Shown: one piece after another, positions 37,507 through 46,620 of the stretch
Position numbering within the stretch: the first letter of the stretch is position 1
Layout: each line of letters starts with the position of its first letter
NCBI GenBank assembly: GCA_016930175.1
Contig: JAFGHJ010000023.1
Span: forward strand, 17,053-81,052
DNA length: 64,000 nucleotides
Source: a candidate division WOR-3 bacterium
Lineage (GTDB): Bacteria; Hydrothermota; UBA3072
Reading direction: 5' to 3'
The notes under the pieces: model-generated
The model's input: the letters and a program-made list of their open reading frames with translations, nothing else
Database searches by the model: none
What the model was told of the DNA's origin: nothing
Position numbers and translations under genes: made by a program

Positions 37507-38741
37507 TTGACAAAATCAGCGGAAGTGGCGGAACTGGTAGACGCGCTGGGTTCAGGGTCCAGTGGTGAATAGCCGTGGGGGTTCGAATCCCCCCTTCCGC
37601 AGGTATTTTGAATGTTTTTATCGTAAAAAAGATTAAAATCGGATAGGCAACACTTTAGTAGCTTTCCATTTCTTATAACCGCTACCGGACAGTATTTGCA
37701 ATTTACAAGATGCCCATCTTCGCCGATAAAAGGTCCGTTGTCGTAGACAATCATTTTGTGTAACAATTTCCTTTTTGGTTTCAAGGCAGGCAGTATAAAC
37801 TGAACGAATTTATGAAGGCGGAAAGTTGAAATGCTATTGAGAAAAATCCTTAGTAAAGTTATCGCAGTATTCTGTTTTGTTTTTTGTATATAATGACCTG
37901 ATATAATACGTGCAATTTTCATCAGCAATAAATCCGTGTAATTTGATTTTATTTTAAATAAAGAATATTTATTATCATGATAAACAACAGGTATGAAATA
38001 ATTTATAGCTACAAAATCTTTTCCGTTGGTTGCAGGAAAAAAGGCATATGGTTCGATATTATAGTTTTTCTTGTAAAAATCTATAATTTCGTATATTTTA
38101 TCTTTTTCGCTATCATAATATGGTTTATTTCTTTCGTTTTTTTGTATTCTAATGACTTTTGAAGATAGCTGTTTTAGATCCTGGCCTTTAGATAGAAAAA
38201 GGAATGTTATCTCCGGAGATTCGAAAAAGAATTGATTGTATTTTGCTAGGGTTTCTTTATCTTCATTGTTTAGAGTCATGGAAACAGATACATCGATACC
38301 GTATGAGTAGGCCATTATCGTTAATTCTTTAAGTCGCATCTTAACGTCTTCGAATTTTGGTTTTTCCGGTAGATCGGGTCTTTTCTGCCAAGGGTCAACG
38401 TGAAACATAATGTAATCCAGATTGGACTTTTTTAATTTTCTTAAATAGGTATTGTTTATAAGAACCCCGTTTGTAAGTAAAAAAGCATTTAAACCATATT
38501 CCTTAATGATTTCTACGATTTTGCATAGTTCCGGATGTAGAGTTGGTTCTCCGCCTGAGATAGATACAGTATGTAAATTACGTTTTTTCATTGCTGTTTC
38601 GATATCTTTCCGTATCTGAGCCAGGCTCTTCATATTTTTAGCTTTTTTCTTATAACAAACCCTGCATTCGATATTGCAGGCGTCCGTAACTTCCAGCATA
38701 ACTCCTGGGGAAGTTATGTTATCCCATGGCATTTTTATCAT
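37500..38741 (-). CDS. Radical SAM protein (C-terminal tail runs antisense through tRNA-Leu)
   Basis: CNIECRVC motif, SGGEPTLHP and LTNG; additional CKYC..CC near the C-terminus. Confidence 0.85.
   Translation of the reverse strand: MIKMPWDNITSPGVMLEVTDACNIECRVCYKKKAKNMKSLAQIRKDIETAMKKRNLHTVSISGGEPTLHPELCKIVEIIKEYGLNAFLLTNGVLINNTYLRKLKKSNLDYIMFHVDPWQKRPDLPEKPKFEDVKMRLKELTIMAYSYGIDVSVSMTLNNEDKETLAKYNQFFFESPEITFLFLSKGQDLKQLSSKVIRIQKNERNKPYYDSEKDKIYEIIDFYKKNYNIEPYAFFPATNGKDFVAINYFIPVVYHDNKYSLFKIKSNYTDLLLMKIARIISGHYIQKTKQNTAITLLRIFLNSISTFRLHKFVQFILPALKPKRKLLHKMIVYDNGPFIGEDGHLVNCKYCPVAVIRNGKLLKCCLSDFNLFYDKNIQNTCGRGDSNPHGYSPLDPEPSASTSSATSADFVKI
37519..37601 (+). tRNA. tRNA-Leu (anticodon CAG); CCA not encoded
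   Basis: Acceptor stem GCGGAAG/CTTCCGC, D-loop GGAACTGGTAGAC, anticodon loop TTCAGGG, long variable arm, GGGGG-TTCGAAT-CCCCC T-arm. Confidence 0.96.
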
Positions 38742-40339
38742 TTGTTTAAACCCCTGGTTAAAGCATCATTTATTCCTATTTTATTGTAAAATATAAATGG
38801 TTTTATTACACCGAGTTTTCTCCCCTCGTTTATTAAAAAATTCATGTAAATCTCTCGCGGGTTTTCTATATGATTTATTAAAACCACTTTTGGTTTGCTC
38901 AGTTGCCCTAAGTTCCGAGCGTAGTTATAATGAAAATTTTTTCTCAGATTATTTTCGAGAATTTCTTCAAGTCCTTTAATTTTCTCAGATTTAATTTTAC
39001 CCTTGATATATAGGATATAATTAAAATTCTTGTTATCGCAGGGTGCGAAGAGTAGAAATTCCGGTCTTATTTTGAGTTTATTTAGAGCGTTTTTGACTGT
39101 CTTTCTTACGAAAAATTCGTTCAACTTTTCTCCAAAATAATCTGAAATCAGGTCTTGTTTTCCGCAGAATTTAATTAATGGAGTGTTTTTGATTTTTCCT
39201 ATGGCTTCAACCACGTCGTTAAGTCTATATCGGTATAGCCCTCCTGAAGTTGTCATTACTACTGAATAATGCTTACCCCTTTTTATATTTCCCAGCGTCA
39301 AAATCTCTCCATTGGCTAAATCTATAAATTCATAGAAATGCGACCTGACAGCCAGTACGGAGCCGGGAAAACCTGTAAAAGGAATAGATACTATACCTTC
39401 TGTTGCAAGCAATCCTTTACCCTGTATTTCTACTCCGGGAAAATTTTCCCTTATCTCAGTTATAAACATTTCCGAGGGACCATCTGCCCAGCAACTTATA
39501 AGGTTCAGTTTTTCCCATATTTTGGAAAAATCTATTTTGTTTTTATCTTTTGCTTCTTTGAGTTCCTTAACGCGTGAAGGGGATGGAGTTAGGATTAAAG
39601 GAAAATCGGTGCCTTCTTCGATTTCTTTTAAAATTTTATCCCAAAAAAGTTTTACTTTTTCTATAAGTATTAATAAAAACGTTGGACTCCAGACTGAAAT
39701 CAGTGTTAAATTTTTCTCTCGTAAGAGATATAGGGCAGTTAAATACAGAAATTCTTCTATGTTATCTATCTTACCAAGTTTTGAAGGTACAGCCATAGTT
39801 TTTTCCAATAGTCTTCCAATTATTCCAAAATATTCGGTATCTTCTTTAAACCCAATAGGAATTTTGCTTCCGTCTTTTTCGGGAATATTTCCGGGAGGCG
39901 TAATCGCCCAATAAGCTTTTCCATTCAGAAGGTTAGGTCTGTTAAGGTAAAGATTAGCCAGCCATGGATAAATACCTTTTTTATATTCTTTTTCCAGTCC
40001 TTTTGTATATGGTATTAATTTGGAACCTGAAGAGGAACCGCCTGTCGGTTCGAGAAGATTTATTTTTTCTTCTGTGAGTACTTTCTGCTCCCCGTTCATT
40101 GCTTTTCTTATATACTTAGTATAATCTTCATAATCGCTGAGAGGTACTTCTTTCCGAAAATTTTTAATAGACTTGATGCTTCTGAAATTATATTTTTTTC
40201 CGAATTCAGTATCTTCGTTTTTGGTTATAATATTGGAAAGAATTTTTTTCTGATGATTTTCAGGACAATTAAGCGCTCTAAGAAATCTCGAATATTCAGG
40301 TAAAAGATAAATTAACGAAAGAGAATTTATTGCTAACAT
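38738..40339 (-). CDS. GH3-family acyl-adenylate/amido synthetase
   Basis: NEDTEFGKKYNF, VPLSDYEDY, EPTGGSSSGSKLIPYT P-loop, GLLATEG, HFYEF, TSGGLYRYRLND and GEKL motifs. Confidence 0.88.
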   Translation of the reverse strand: MLAINSLSLIYLLPEYSRFLRALNCPENHQKKILSNIITKNEDTEFGKKYNFRSIKSIKNFRKEVPLSDYEDYTKYIRKAMNGEQKVLTEEKINLLEPTGGSSSGSKLIPYTKGLEKEYKKGIYPWLANLYLNRPNLLNGKAYWAITPPGNIPEKDGSKIPIGFKEDTEYFGIIGRLLEKTMAVPSKLGKIDNIEEFLYLTALYLLREKNLTLISVWSPTFLLILIEKVKLFWDKILKEIEEGTDFPLILTPSPSRVKELKEAKDKNKIDFSKIWEKLNLISCWADGPSEMFITEIRENFPGVEIQGKGLLATEGIVSIPFTGFPGSVLAVRSHFYEFIDLANGEILTLGNIKRGKHYSVVMTTSGGLYRYRLNDVVEAIGKIKNTPLIKFCGKQDLISDYFGEKLNEFFVRKTVKNALNKLKIRPEFLLFAPCDNKNFNYILYIKGKIKSEKIKGLEEILENNLRKNFHYNYARNLGQLSKPKVVLINHIENPREIYMNFLINEGRKLGVIKPFIFYNKIGINDALTRGLNK

Positions 40340-41040
40340 CCTGTTATTCGGTAAAAAATAGGTTTGAAATTCTCTTTTTTAATTTCAGTTATGCAAGCGA
40401 GTTCATCGCCTTTCGTATATCCTGGATTGCTTCTTAGAAAATATTTAATGTGAGGATTGGTAAGTCTGTTCAAAGGAATAGTTGCATGTTTTACTTTTAA
40501 AAAATTTTTGTTCCGAGGGATAATTACACCTTTTTCCTTATTATAAGCTTTCCCGAACTTTTCATACGCTAATACATCTATTATTTTTTTCTCAAAAACG
40601 GGCGTTTCTCTATCATACCTTGGATAATAATCTTCAAATATCAATGGAAGAAATCTGTATGTTCTAAAACCCATTGATATAAGAAACCAGTAGAATTTTA
40701 CCCCTTTTTCCATATTATTGTATATATATCTCCCAAAATGCTTCATTAAATCTAATTCATTTCTGTAAGAACTGTCTACTATTGTATCACCGGAAAAAAC
40801 AGCTTTAATTTTTGTACCATCGACTGTAACTCTCATCGTTTTTAAAGTAGAAAATCCTTTTATTTTTTTTGTACCATTCGCAAAAAGAAGGATAATTTTT
40901 TCTTTTTCGTTAAGATCACTGAAGAAGGTTTTTTCTTCTACAACAAAGTATCTGGTAAATAGAGAGTACATCTGTTTTTTGTAATCTCCGGAAAGCTCTT
41001 TTATATCTATAATCCTGCCGGTTATTTTTTTATCTTTCAT
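40333..41040 (-). CDS. Hypothetical protein, probable GNAT/acyltransferase-like fold
   Basis: IKGFST..AVFSGDTIVDSSYR, YWFLISMGFRTYRFLP and NPGY..GDEL. The fold assignment is an inference. Confidence 0.55.
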   Translation of the reverse strand: MKDKKITGRIIDIKELSGDYKKQMYSLFTRYFVVEEKTFFSDLNEKEKIILLFANGTKKIKGFSTLKTMRVTVDGTKIKAVFSGDTIVDSSYRNELDLMKHFGRYIYNNMEKGVKFYWFLISMGFRTYRFLPLIFEDYYPRYDRETPVFEKKIIDVLAYEKFGKAYNKEKGVIIPRNKNFLKVKHATIPLNRLTNPHIKYFLRSNPGYTKGDELACITEIKKENFKPIFYRITGC

Positions 41041-42185
41041 AAGGTTGCGACCTCCATATAAGGAGTTCTATTGTCCAGGTTGTTATAAAATTCTTCCCCG
41101 TCTTCCCAGTGTACTAAGAATATTCTGCTTCTCAGTTTAAAAGCCGGATATTTAAGCATAATCGAATTTAAGGAATCTTCGGAGTGGAGTCCGACAATCA
41201 TATATTTATATCCTCTTTTTTTACCTTCTTCTCTCAATTTTTCGAGTAAAGCTCCGAAAACATGAGGATTGTTGTTTTTAGCGGCAATCGATGAAGCAAA
41301 GAAATAGTTCAAAGTTGTTTCTTCCGGAGGTAAAAGGGGCATATCCTTCAAGAAGGCATTCAGGTTCCATAAAGGTCTCATGATTTTCATTGATGTGCTG
41401 TATCCCGAAACAACATCCTGCTTGAAAGAAGTCTGATCCCACATCCCTATGGTTCCTATTATTTCGTCTCCTTTTAATGCTACAAAAATATCCTCTACAT
41501 TTAAATTTCTTAGAATTCCTCGATCATTCAAGAAATCTTCTGCTTTATATACGGGGTAGAACTGTTTTTTCCTGGCTTCTTTATCAATAAAGGATATGAT
41601 CTTTTCGAGTATGTCTTTATCGGCTTTTTTTATCTTTATATCCGGATAATTTACTCTTCTTTTTTTGAGCCCTATCGCGTAGGATGTATAAGCGCCGTAG
41701 TCTTTATAGGGAGGTAGGGGTCCTCTGCCGGAGGTCAGAATTTTAATAGCGAGATGATTGTCTTCGAGAATACTGGTGAGATAGAGTTTTGCTTTACTAT
41801 CACTGTGAAGTTCCTTGAAAAATTTGTAGGCTCTTCCGATAAGTATTCCGCCTCTGTAATTCTTATCGAGTCGTAAGTTACTCAAGTATCCAACATTAGT
41901 TTTTGAACCGTTGACGAACATCTCTCTTATTGACCTGATACCAAAACCTATGATTTTATTTTTCTTAAGATCCCGACCTAAAGCGACCTGGACTTTTTTC
42001 CCTTCTATATCGAGGCTTTCAAAGAAATCGGGTTCTCTCTGGAAGGAAATTTTGAGTTTACCTTCCATATAATTGTCTCTAAGGAGTCTTCTTAAAGATT
42101 CCTCATCGTTCCTGTTCGCCATTTCTATAATAAATCTCTTTGGCGTTTGTAGCTTCTTACTTTTATTTAGCGTTTTCATAATCAT
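41037..42185 (-). CDS. GNAT-like acyltransferase (probably tandem fold)
   Basis: IIGFG..VGYLSNLRLDKNYRGG resembles acetyl-CoA-binding motif A; a second IIGTIGMWDQ strand follows. Confidence 0.6.
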   Translation of the reverse strand: MIMKTLNKSKKLQTPKRFIIEMANRNDEESLRRLLRDNYMEGKLKISFQREPDFFESLDIEGKKVQVALGRDLKKNKIIGFGIRSIREMFVNGSKTNVGYLSNLRLDKNYRGGILIGRAYKFFKELHSDSKAKLYLTSILEDNHLAIKILTSGRGPLPPYKDYGAYTSYAIGLKKRRVNYPDIKIKKADKDILEKIISFIDKEARKKQFYPVYKAEDFLNDRGILRNLNVEDIFVALKGDEIIGTIGMWDQTSFKQDVVSGYSTSMKIMRPLWNLNAFLKDMPLLPPEETTLNYFFASSIAAKNNNPHVFGALLEKLREEGKKRGYKYMIVGLHSEDSLNSIMLKYPAFKLRSRIFLVHWEDGEEFYNNLDNRTPYMEVATL

Positions 42186-43506
42186 CTAAACCTTCTCCTA
42201 ATGGTATTCTCATTTTTTTGTTGACTTCTTTTTCGGCTAAGAGATTTTGTATTAGATATATGAGAGCGATAACAGGAGATTGAAGGTTTCCTCTGAAGTT
42301 AGAAGCTCTTTTAAGAATGGAGGGCAGAGAATAGAATCGTTTTCTAGATTGTTCGCAAATTTTCGCCAACTCTTCAGGTTCATGGTGGTAAGGTTTAAAC
42401 GCGTAATCACCGTATCTGTAGTTGTCAGAAAGCCACCATTTTTTCTTTAGTAATCTACCTTCTTCTTCTAATCTTTTGTAAGCGCTGGTTCCGGGGAAGG
42501 GAAGTAAGTGATTGAAAGCGGCAAGTAGGAATTTGCTTTTTTCCGCAAATTTAAAGGTTCTTTCTATCGTTTCTGTGGTATCGTTTTCGTACCCGACTAA
42601 AAAGGTCGCGTAGATACCAATTCCGTGTTTATATATCTTTTTTATTAAATCTTCATATTTTCCAATATTCTGGTTCCAGGATTTATTCATTTTTTCAAGG
42701 TTTTGCTTATTGATCGATTCGAAACCGATTAACACTCCTACGCAGCCGCTTTTTTTCATAATCGTAAGCAATTTTTCGTCGAGAGCGATTTGAAGAGATG
42801 CCTGTCCGACCCATTTAATTTTAAGGGGAGTGATTGCTTTAAATAGTTGTTTAGCTCTTTTAGTATCAGCTACTAAATTGTCGTCGATAAAAAAGAACCT
42901 CTTTCCCTTAATGTTCTGTATCTCTTTTGTTATATCTTCAATGGGTCTAGTTTTATATGTGCTTGAATAAAACTCGGAAATCGAACAAAATTCACAAGAA
43001 AAAGGACATCCTCTCGCCGATTCGATAAGGTTGAGTTTTACGTAATTTTTCCCTGCGAAAACACTTCTGTCAGGGAAAAAACCCGCAAAAGAAGTAAGTG
43101 GCTCTTTATAATACTTCTTGAGTTTTTTTGATTTTGTGTCTTCAAGTATCTGGTTCCATACATTTTCAGCTTCACCTATAACCACTGCGTCAGCATATTC
43201 ACCTGCCTCCTCCGGGAGAAGAGTCGGATGGTATCCTCCCACTACCACAGGTATTCCTCTCTTTCTGAATTGTGAGGATATGTAGTATGCTCTCCGGGCT
43301 GTATATGTTTCTACCGTAATACCTACAAGATCACAATCTTCATCATAGGGTATTTGTTCGAGCCTGTCATCATAAAAAGCTATTTCGACATCATCGGGTG
43401 TTAAAGACGCGAGTTGAGCAATTATCAGGGGTTCCATTTGCCAGGTTCGCACGTAAGAGGTGTTTTTCTTTTTACCCATTCCGGGCATAATTAATATTAT
43501 TTTCAT
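42163..43506 (-). CDS. B12-binding domain radical SAM protein
   Basis: DLVGIT, VVVGGYHPT, VIGEAE, ARGCPFSCEFC, FFIDDN and GFES motifs. Start MKIILIMPG at 43506 (ATGA overlap); the ORF track gives 43563. Confidence 0.92.
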   Translation of the reverse strand: MKIILIMPGMGKKKNTSYVRTWQMEPLIIAQLASLTPDDVEIAFYDDRLEQIPYDEDCDLVGITVETYTARRAYYISSQFRKRGIPVVVGGYHPTLLPEEAGEYADAVVIGEAENVWNQILEDTKSKKLKKYYKEPLTSFAGFFPDRSVFAGKNYVKLNLIESARGCPFSCEFCSISEFYSSTYKTRPIEDITKEIQNIKGKRFFFIDDNLVADTKRAKQLFKAITPLKIKWVGQASLQIALDEKLLTIMKKSGCVGVLIGFESINKQNLEKMNKSWNQNIGKYEDLIKKIYKHGIGIYATFLVGYENDTTETIERTFKFAEKSKFLLAAFNHLLPFPGTSAYKRLEEEGRLLKKKWWLSDNYRYGDYAFKPYHHEPEELAKICEQSRKRFYSLPSILKRASNFRGNLQSPVIALIYLIQNLLAEKEVNKKMRIPLGEGLDDYENAK

Positions 43507-44900
43507 TTTGACTCCAGGTTTATCTCGGAGATTATTTCCTTGGTGCATTTTGGCAGTTTCCAAGCGTAGTACTTATATCCCAAATTTAGTAATAAACCCA
43601 GCCAGTAAAGAGATCTTGTCCCGTTTAACCTGCCTAATACCGATTTGAGCTTGTATGTTTCTCTCCATGCCCAGTGCAGTCCTTCTTCGAGTTCTTCCGG
43701 TTTCATATTTTTCGGTTTATATACCACGTGCTCGACATCGTACATAGACCAGTCGTATTCTATTATCCTTTTTTCTTCTTCAAGTTTTTTGAATATAGGT
43801 GTGCCCGGATAGGGAGTAAAAACAGAATATCTCGGCAGGTCGATTTTTATCTTATCTATAAATTCTACAGTTCTTTCAAAAACGCCTTTGTCTTCGTGGT
43901 CTGTTCCGAAAAGGAAAGTTCCGTTAACCCGTATCCCATTGTCGTGGAGATTCCTTAAAAGATCCGAATACTTAGTTACTATTTTTGGATTCTTATGAAT
44001 TTCTTTTAGACTGTCGGGAGAAATCGTTTCAAATCCAATTAAAAGTCCTTTGCAGCCGCTTTCTGCAACTGCGTCAAGGATTTCTTTGTCGAACAGCGCG
44101 TTTGCGGTCGAAAGACCGAACCAGCTTTTTTTAAGCGGTTTTAAACCTTCCAAGAGTTCTTTCGAATATTCTTTATCTCCGAGTAGATGAACGTCAATGA
44201 ATACTACTTCGTTGCCGTCGAGGGTTTTTATTTCTTCGAGTATTTTTGATACGGGACGTTTAAAGTAATTCTTTCTCCACACATTAGGGACAGCGCAAAA
44301 ACTACAATTGCAGGGACATCCTCTTGTAGCCATCATTGAATTCAGAGTTATATAAGAATTCTTTTTTAATAAATCTCTTTTTGGTATAGGAATATTTTCG
44401 GTCGGGAAATTTCCCGGGTCTTCATAGATTCTTTTCATTTTATTTTGAGAAAAATCTCGAAGCAGTTCCGGAAAAACTCTTTCAGCAAAGCCGACAACGA
44501 CGCTGTCGGCATGGCTGAGAGCTTCCTCGGGCATAAGCGTCGGATGTACACCTCCGAGAACTACGGGAATCCCTTTTTGTCTATAATTATCGGCAATCGC
44601 GTAGGCTCTCGTAGAAGTTGCGGTCATAGCGCTGATCCCAACCAGGTCGGGATCAAAATTTAGTGAGCTTAAATTATCGGTTCCTTCGTCCAATATCTTA
44701 AGGTTAATATTAAGGTCTTTGGGTATTAGAGAAGCAAGATAGGTCAGAGTTAACGGGGCATACCTCAAGGACTTTTTAAATATGCCGGTCTTGGCTCTGT
44801 GTATTGCGCCCGCGGGCAGAATCAAAAGGAGGTTAAAACAATTGTTAGTAATTCGGGATTTTCGTTTTAACGAATCAATTTTATTCCTATACATTTTCAC
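43503..44900 (-). CDS. B12-binding domain radical SAM protein
   Basis: DLVGIS, VVLGGVHPT, TRGCPCNCSFC, GFET and TPYPGT motifs; AGGAGG RBS before GTG. Confidence 0.92.
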   Translation of the reverse strand: MKMYRNKIDSLKRKSRITNNCFNLLLILPAGAIHRAKTGIFKKSLRYAPLTLTYLASLIPKDLNINLKILDEGTDNLSSLNFDPDLVGISAMTATSTRAYAIADNYRQKGIPVVLGGVHPTLMPEEALSHADSVVVGFAERVFPELLRDFSQNKMKRIYEDPGNFPTENIPIPKRDLLKKNSYITLNSMMATRGCPCNCSFCAVPNVWRKNYFKRPVSKILEEIKTLDGNEVVFIDVHLLGDKEYSKELLEGLKPLKKSWFGLSTANALFDKEILDAVAESGCKGLLIGFETISPDSLKEIHKNPKIVTKYSDLLRNLHDNGIRVNGTFLFGTDHEDKGVFERTVEFIDKIKIDLPRYSVFTPYPGTPIFKKLEEEKRIIEYDWSMYDVEHVVYKPKNMKPEELEEGLHWAWRETYKLKSVLGRLNGTRSLYWLGLLLNLGYKYYAWKLPKCTKEIISEINLESK

Positions 44901-44976
44901 CGCCTCCTTAATACTTTAATTTTGTCAATCCACGGTTGTCTTTTAATATTATTCAGAGTACTTTGCTATACAAAGT

Positions 44977-45004
44977 ATTATAATCATTTTTTTTATTTTG
45001 TCAA
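44977..45004 (-). promoter_or_regulatory. Promoter of the radical SAM/GH3 operon
   Basis: Minus strand TTGACA-16 nt-TATAAT. Confidence 0.7.
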
Positions 45005-45121
45005 GGGGTTTTTTGAAATTCAGGTGTGAGGGTTCGTGTATGAACTTGAAATTAAAGGATTTTGATTGTTGGTGATTGGGTCGTAAAATATGAGAGTATA
45101 CGCCCGCGACGTTTAAGGAAA

Positions 45122-45148
45122 AAAGTGGGGCTATCATAGCCCCACTTT
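45122..45148 (-). terminator. Intrinsic terminator downstream of the cyclophilin gene
   Basis: AAAGTGGGGCTAT-C-ATAGCCCCACTTT palindrome; the upstream A-run gives a U-tail on the minus strand. Confidence 0.75.
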
Positions 45149-45180
45149 GAATTTTGCAAAAGTTTTTATTTCTTTGTTTT

Positions 45181-45867
45181 TTATTTTCCGCAGCCGCAGC
45201 CGCCTGCACCGCCGCTCGGGTTCTTTTCTCTTTCCGGTTTTTCTGTTTCCTCTGCATCGTCTGTCTTAGTTGTATCTGAGATTTCAGTTTTCTCTTCTTC
45301 TTTCTCTTTCATATATACTTTTTTCATCGTTACGTTTTCGATAGGACGGTCGTTTTTGTCTGTTTTAACCTGAGCAATCTTTTCTACCACGTCCATCCCA
45401 TTTATTACCTGTCCGACGATCGTGTATTTCCCGTCGAGGAAGTCTAATGTTTTCAGACATATATAAAACTGGGAACCGTTCCTGTCGTCCGCGGCTTTCG
45501 CGAGCGCGACTGTACCTTTTAGATGTTTTAGCTCTTTTGAATATTCGTCATTAAGGTAGTAACCCGGACCTCCGGTTCCGTCATTTGCCGGGTTGTTATC
45601 CTTTGTAAGAGGATCTCCTCCCTGAATGACGAAGTCGGGAACGACTCTATGAAAAGTGGTGCCGTTATAGAACTCTTGATTAACTAATTTTACTATATTA
45701 TCTACGTTTAGCGAAGCCGCGTCGGGGAAGAGTCCAAATTCAATCGTTCCGAAATCTGTTTCAATTACAACTATATAATCTGACTTTTCCGCTTTTTCTA
45801 CCTGATCTACGGCGTAGAGCGGGTAGCTTGCTAAGATTAAAAACGCAATAACAAGAAATTTTTTCAT
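45181..45867 (-). CDS. Exported cyclophilin-type peptidyl-prolyl cis-trans isomerase
   Basis: Signal peptide, FYNGTTFHRVVPDFVIQGGDP, GSQFYI and LDGKYT motifs; acidic linker and GGAGGCGCGK tail. Confidence 0.93.
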   Translation of the reverse strand: MKKFLVIAFLILASYPLYAVDQVEKAEKSDYIVVIETDFGTIEFGLFPDAASLNVDNIVKLVNQEFYNGTTFHRVVPDFVIQGGDPLTKDNNPANDGTGGPGYYLNDEYSKELKHLKGTVALAKAADDRNGSQFYICLKTLDFLDGKYTIVGQVINGMDVVEKIAQVKTDKNDRPIENVTMKKVYMKEKEEEKTEISDTTKTDDAEETEKPEREKNPSGGAGGCGCGK

Positions 45868-45925
45868 TTACTCCTCCTTTACTGTGTTTTTGTTTATGAG
45901 TATATAATGCATGGAAAATTTGTCA

Positions 45926-46153
45926 ACACCCCCACACCCCACCAAAACTGAAATTGGACGCAGATTAACGCAGATCAAGAAGATTTATTTTAAAAAAAAC
46001 AACCCACTTACCAAAAACTACTTGAAACAGAAAGGGTAGAAAGATACATTTGTGTTATTAGTTCTAAAAAAGTGGGGTGTTGGGTAGTTAATAAAATCCT
46101 AAGAATCTGCGTTTATCTGCGTACTAATATAGGGGTGGGTAGGGTTTTAGGGG
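45926..46153. repeat. Inverted-repeat element of the intergenic family
   Basis: ACGCAGATTAACGCAGAT (45958-45975) versus ATCTGCGTTTATCTGCGT (46105-46122), 17/18 complementary; flanked by a C-tract and a G-tract. Confidence 0.85.
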
Positions 46154-46567
46154 TTATTCTTGATGTGCCTGGTATCCGGCTTTGGAGAAAGTGCCCGGGT
46201 AGGCGTGGTCGCCCATGGTAAAACTAAAATCGACGTAGTTGATTCCGTCGATTTCTAAAAGCGAAACACCCGATTTTACGATGTAATCTTCCGCTCCCGT
46301 GGTTCCCATAGATTGGGTCAAGTAAAAGTCGTTTATTACCGTGAGGTATACTGTGTCGGCGGATATCTTTACTAATTTTAGTTTCGGAGGATATAGATAC
46401 GGAGGTTCATCTTCAGGCGCCGCAAAAGTTTCCGGATCCTTATCCGAACCGTTTAATTCATGTATTTTTTCGATTACTTTAGCTTCTAATGTTTTGGGTG
46501 TTTTTTTCGTGCAGCTTAACGTTAAAATCAAAAGTAATAAAAATAAATATTTAAACAGTCCAGGAAT
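46154..46567 (-). CDS. Small lipoprotein of unknown function
   Basis: Lipobox LTLSC. A complete signal peptide requires a start upstream of TTG 46531 (ATT at 46567 after AGGAGG, or CTG at 46558). Confidence 0.7.
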   Translation of the reverse strand: MPGLFKYLFLLLLILTLSCTKKTPKTLEAKVIEKIHELNGSDKDPETFAAPEDEPPYLYPPKLKLVKISADTVYLTVINDFYLTQSMGTTGAEDYIVKSGVSLLEIDGINYVDFSFTMGDHAYPGTFSKAGYQAHQE

Positions 46568-46620
46568 ACGCTCTGCCTCCTTCTATATTTTTTATAAGAT
46601 ATGGTTTCATTTTTATTGGT

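Noticed and set aside
44900-45180. attR or integrase for a tRNA-Leu island
   Set aside because: No duplicate of the tRNA 3' end and no recombinase gene were seen, so no mobile_element feature was called.
44949-45257. 102-aa ORF as a possible RiPP precursor for the rSAM operon
   Set aside because: It overlaps the cyclophilin 3' end in another frame, crosses a terminator and the operon promoter, and has no evident RBS.
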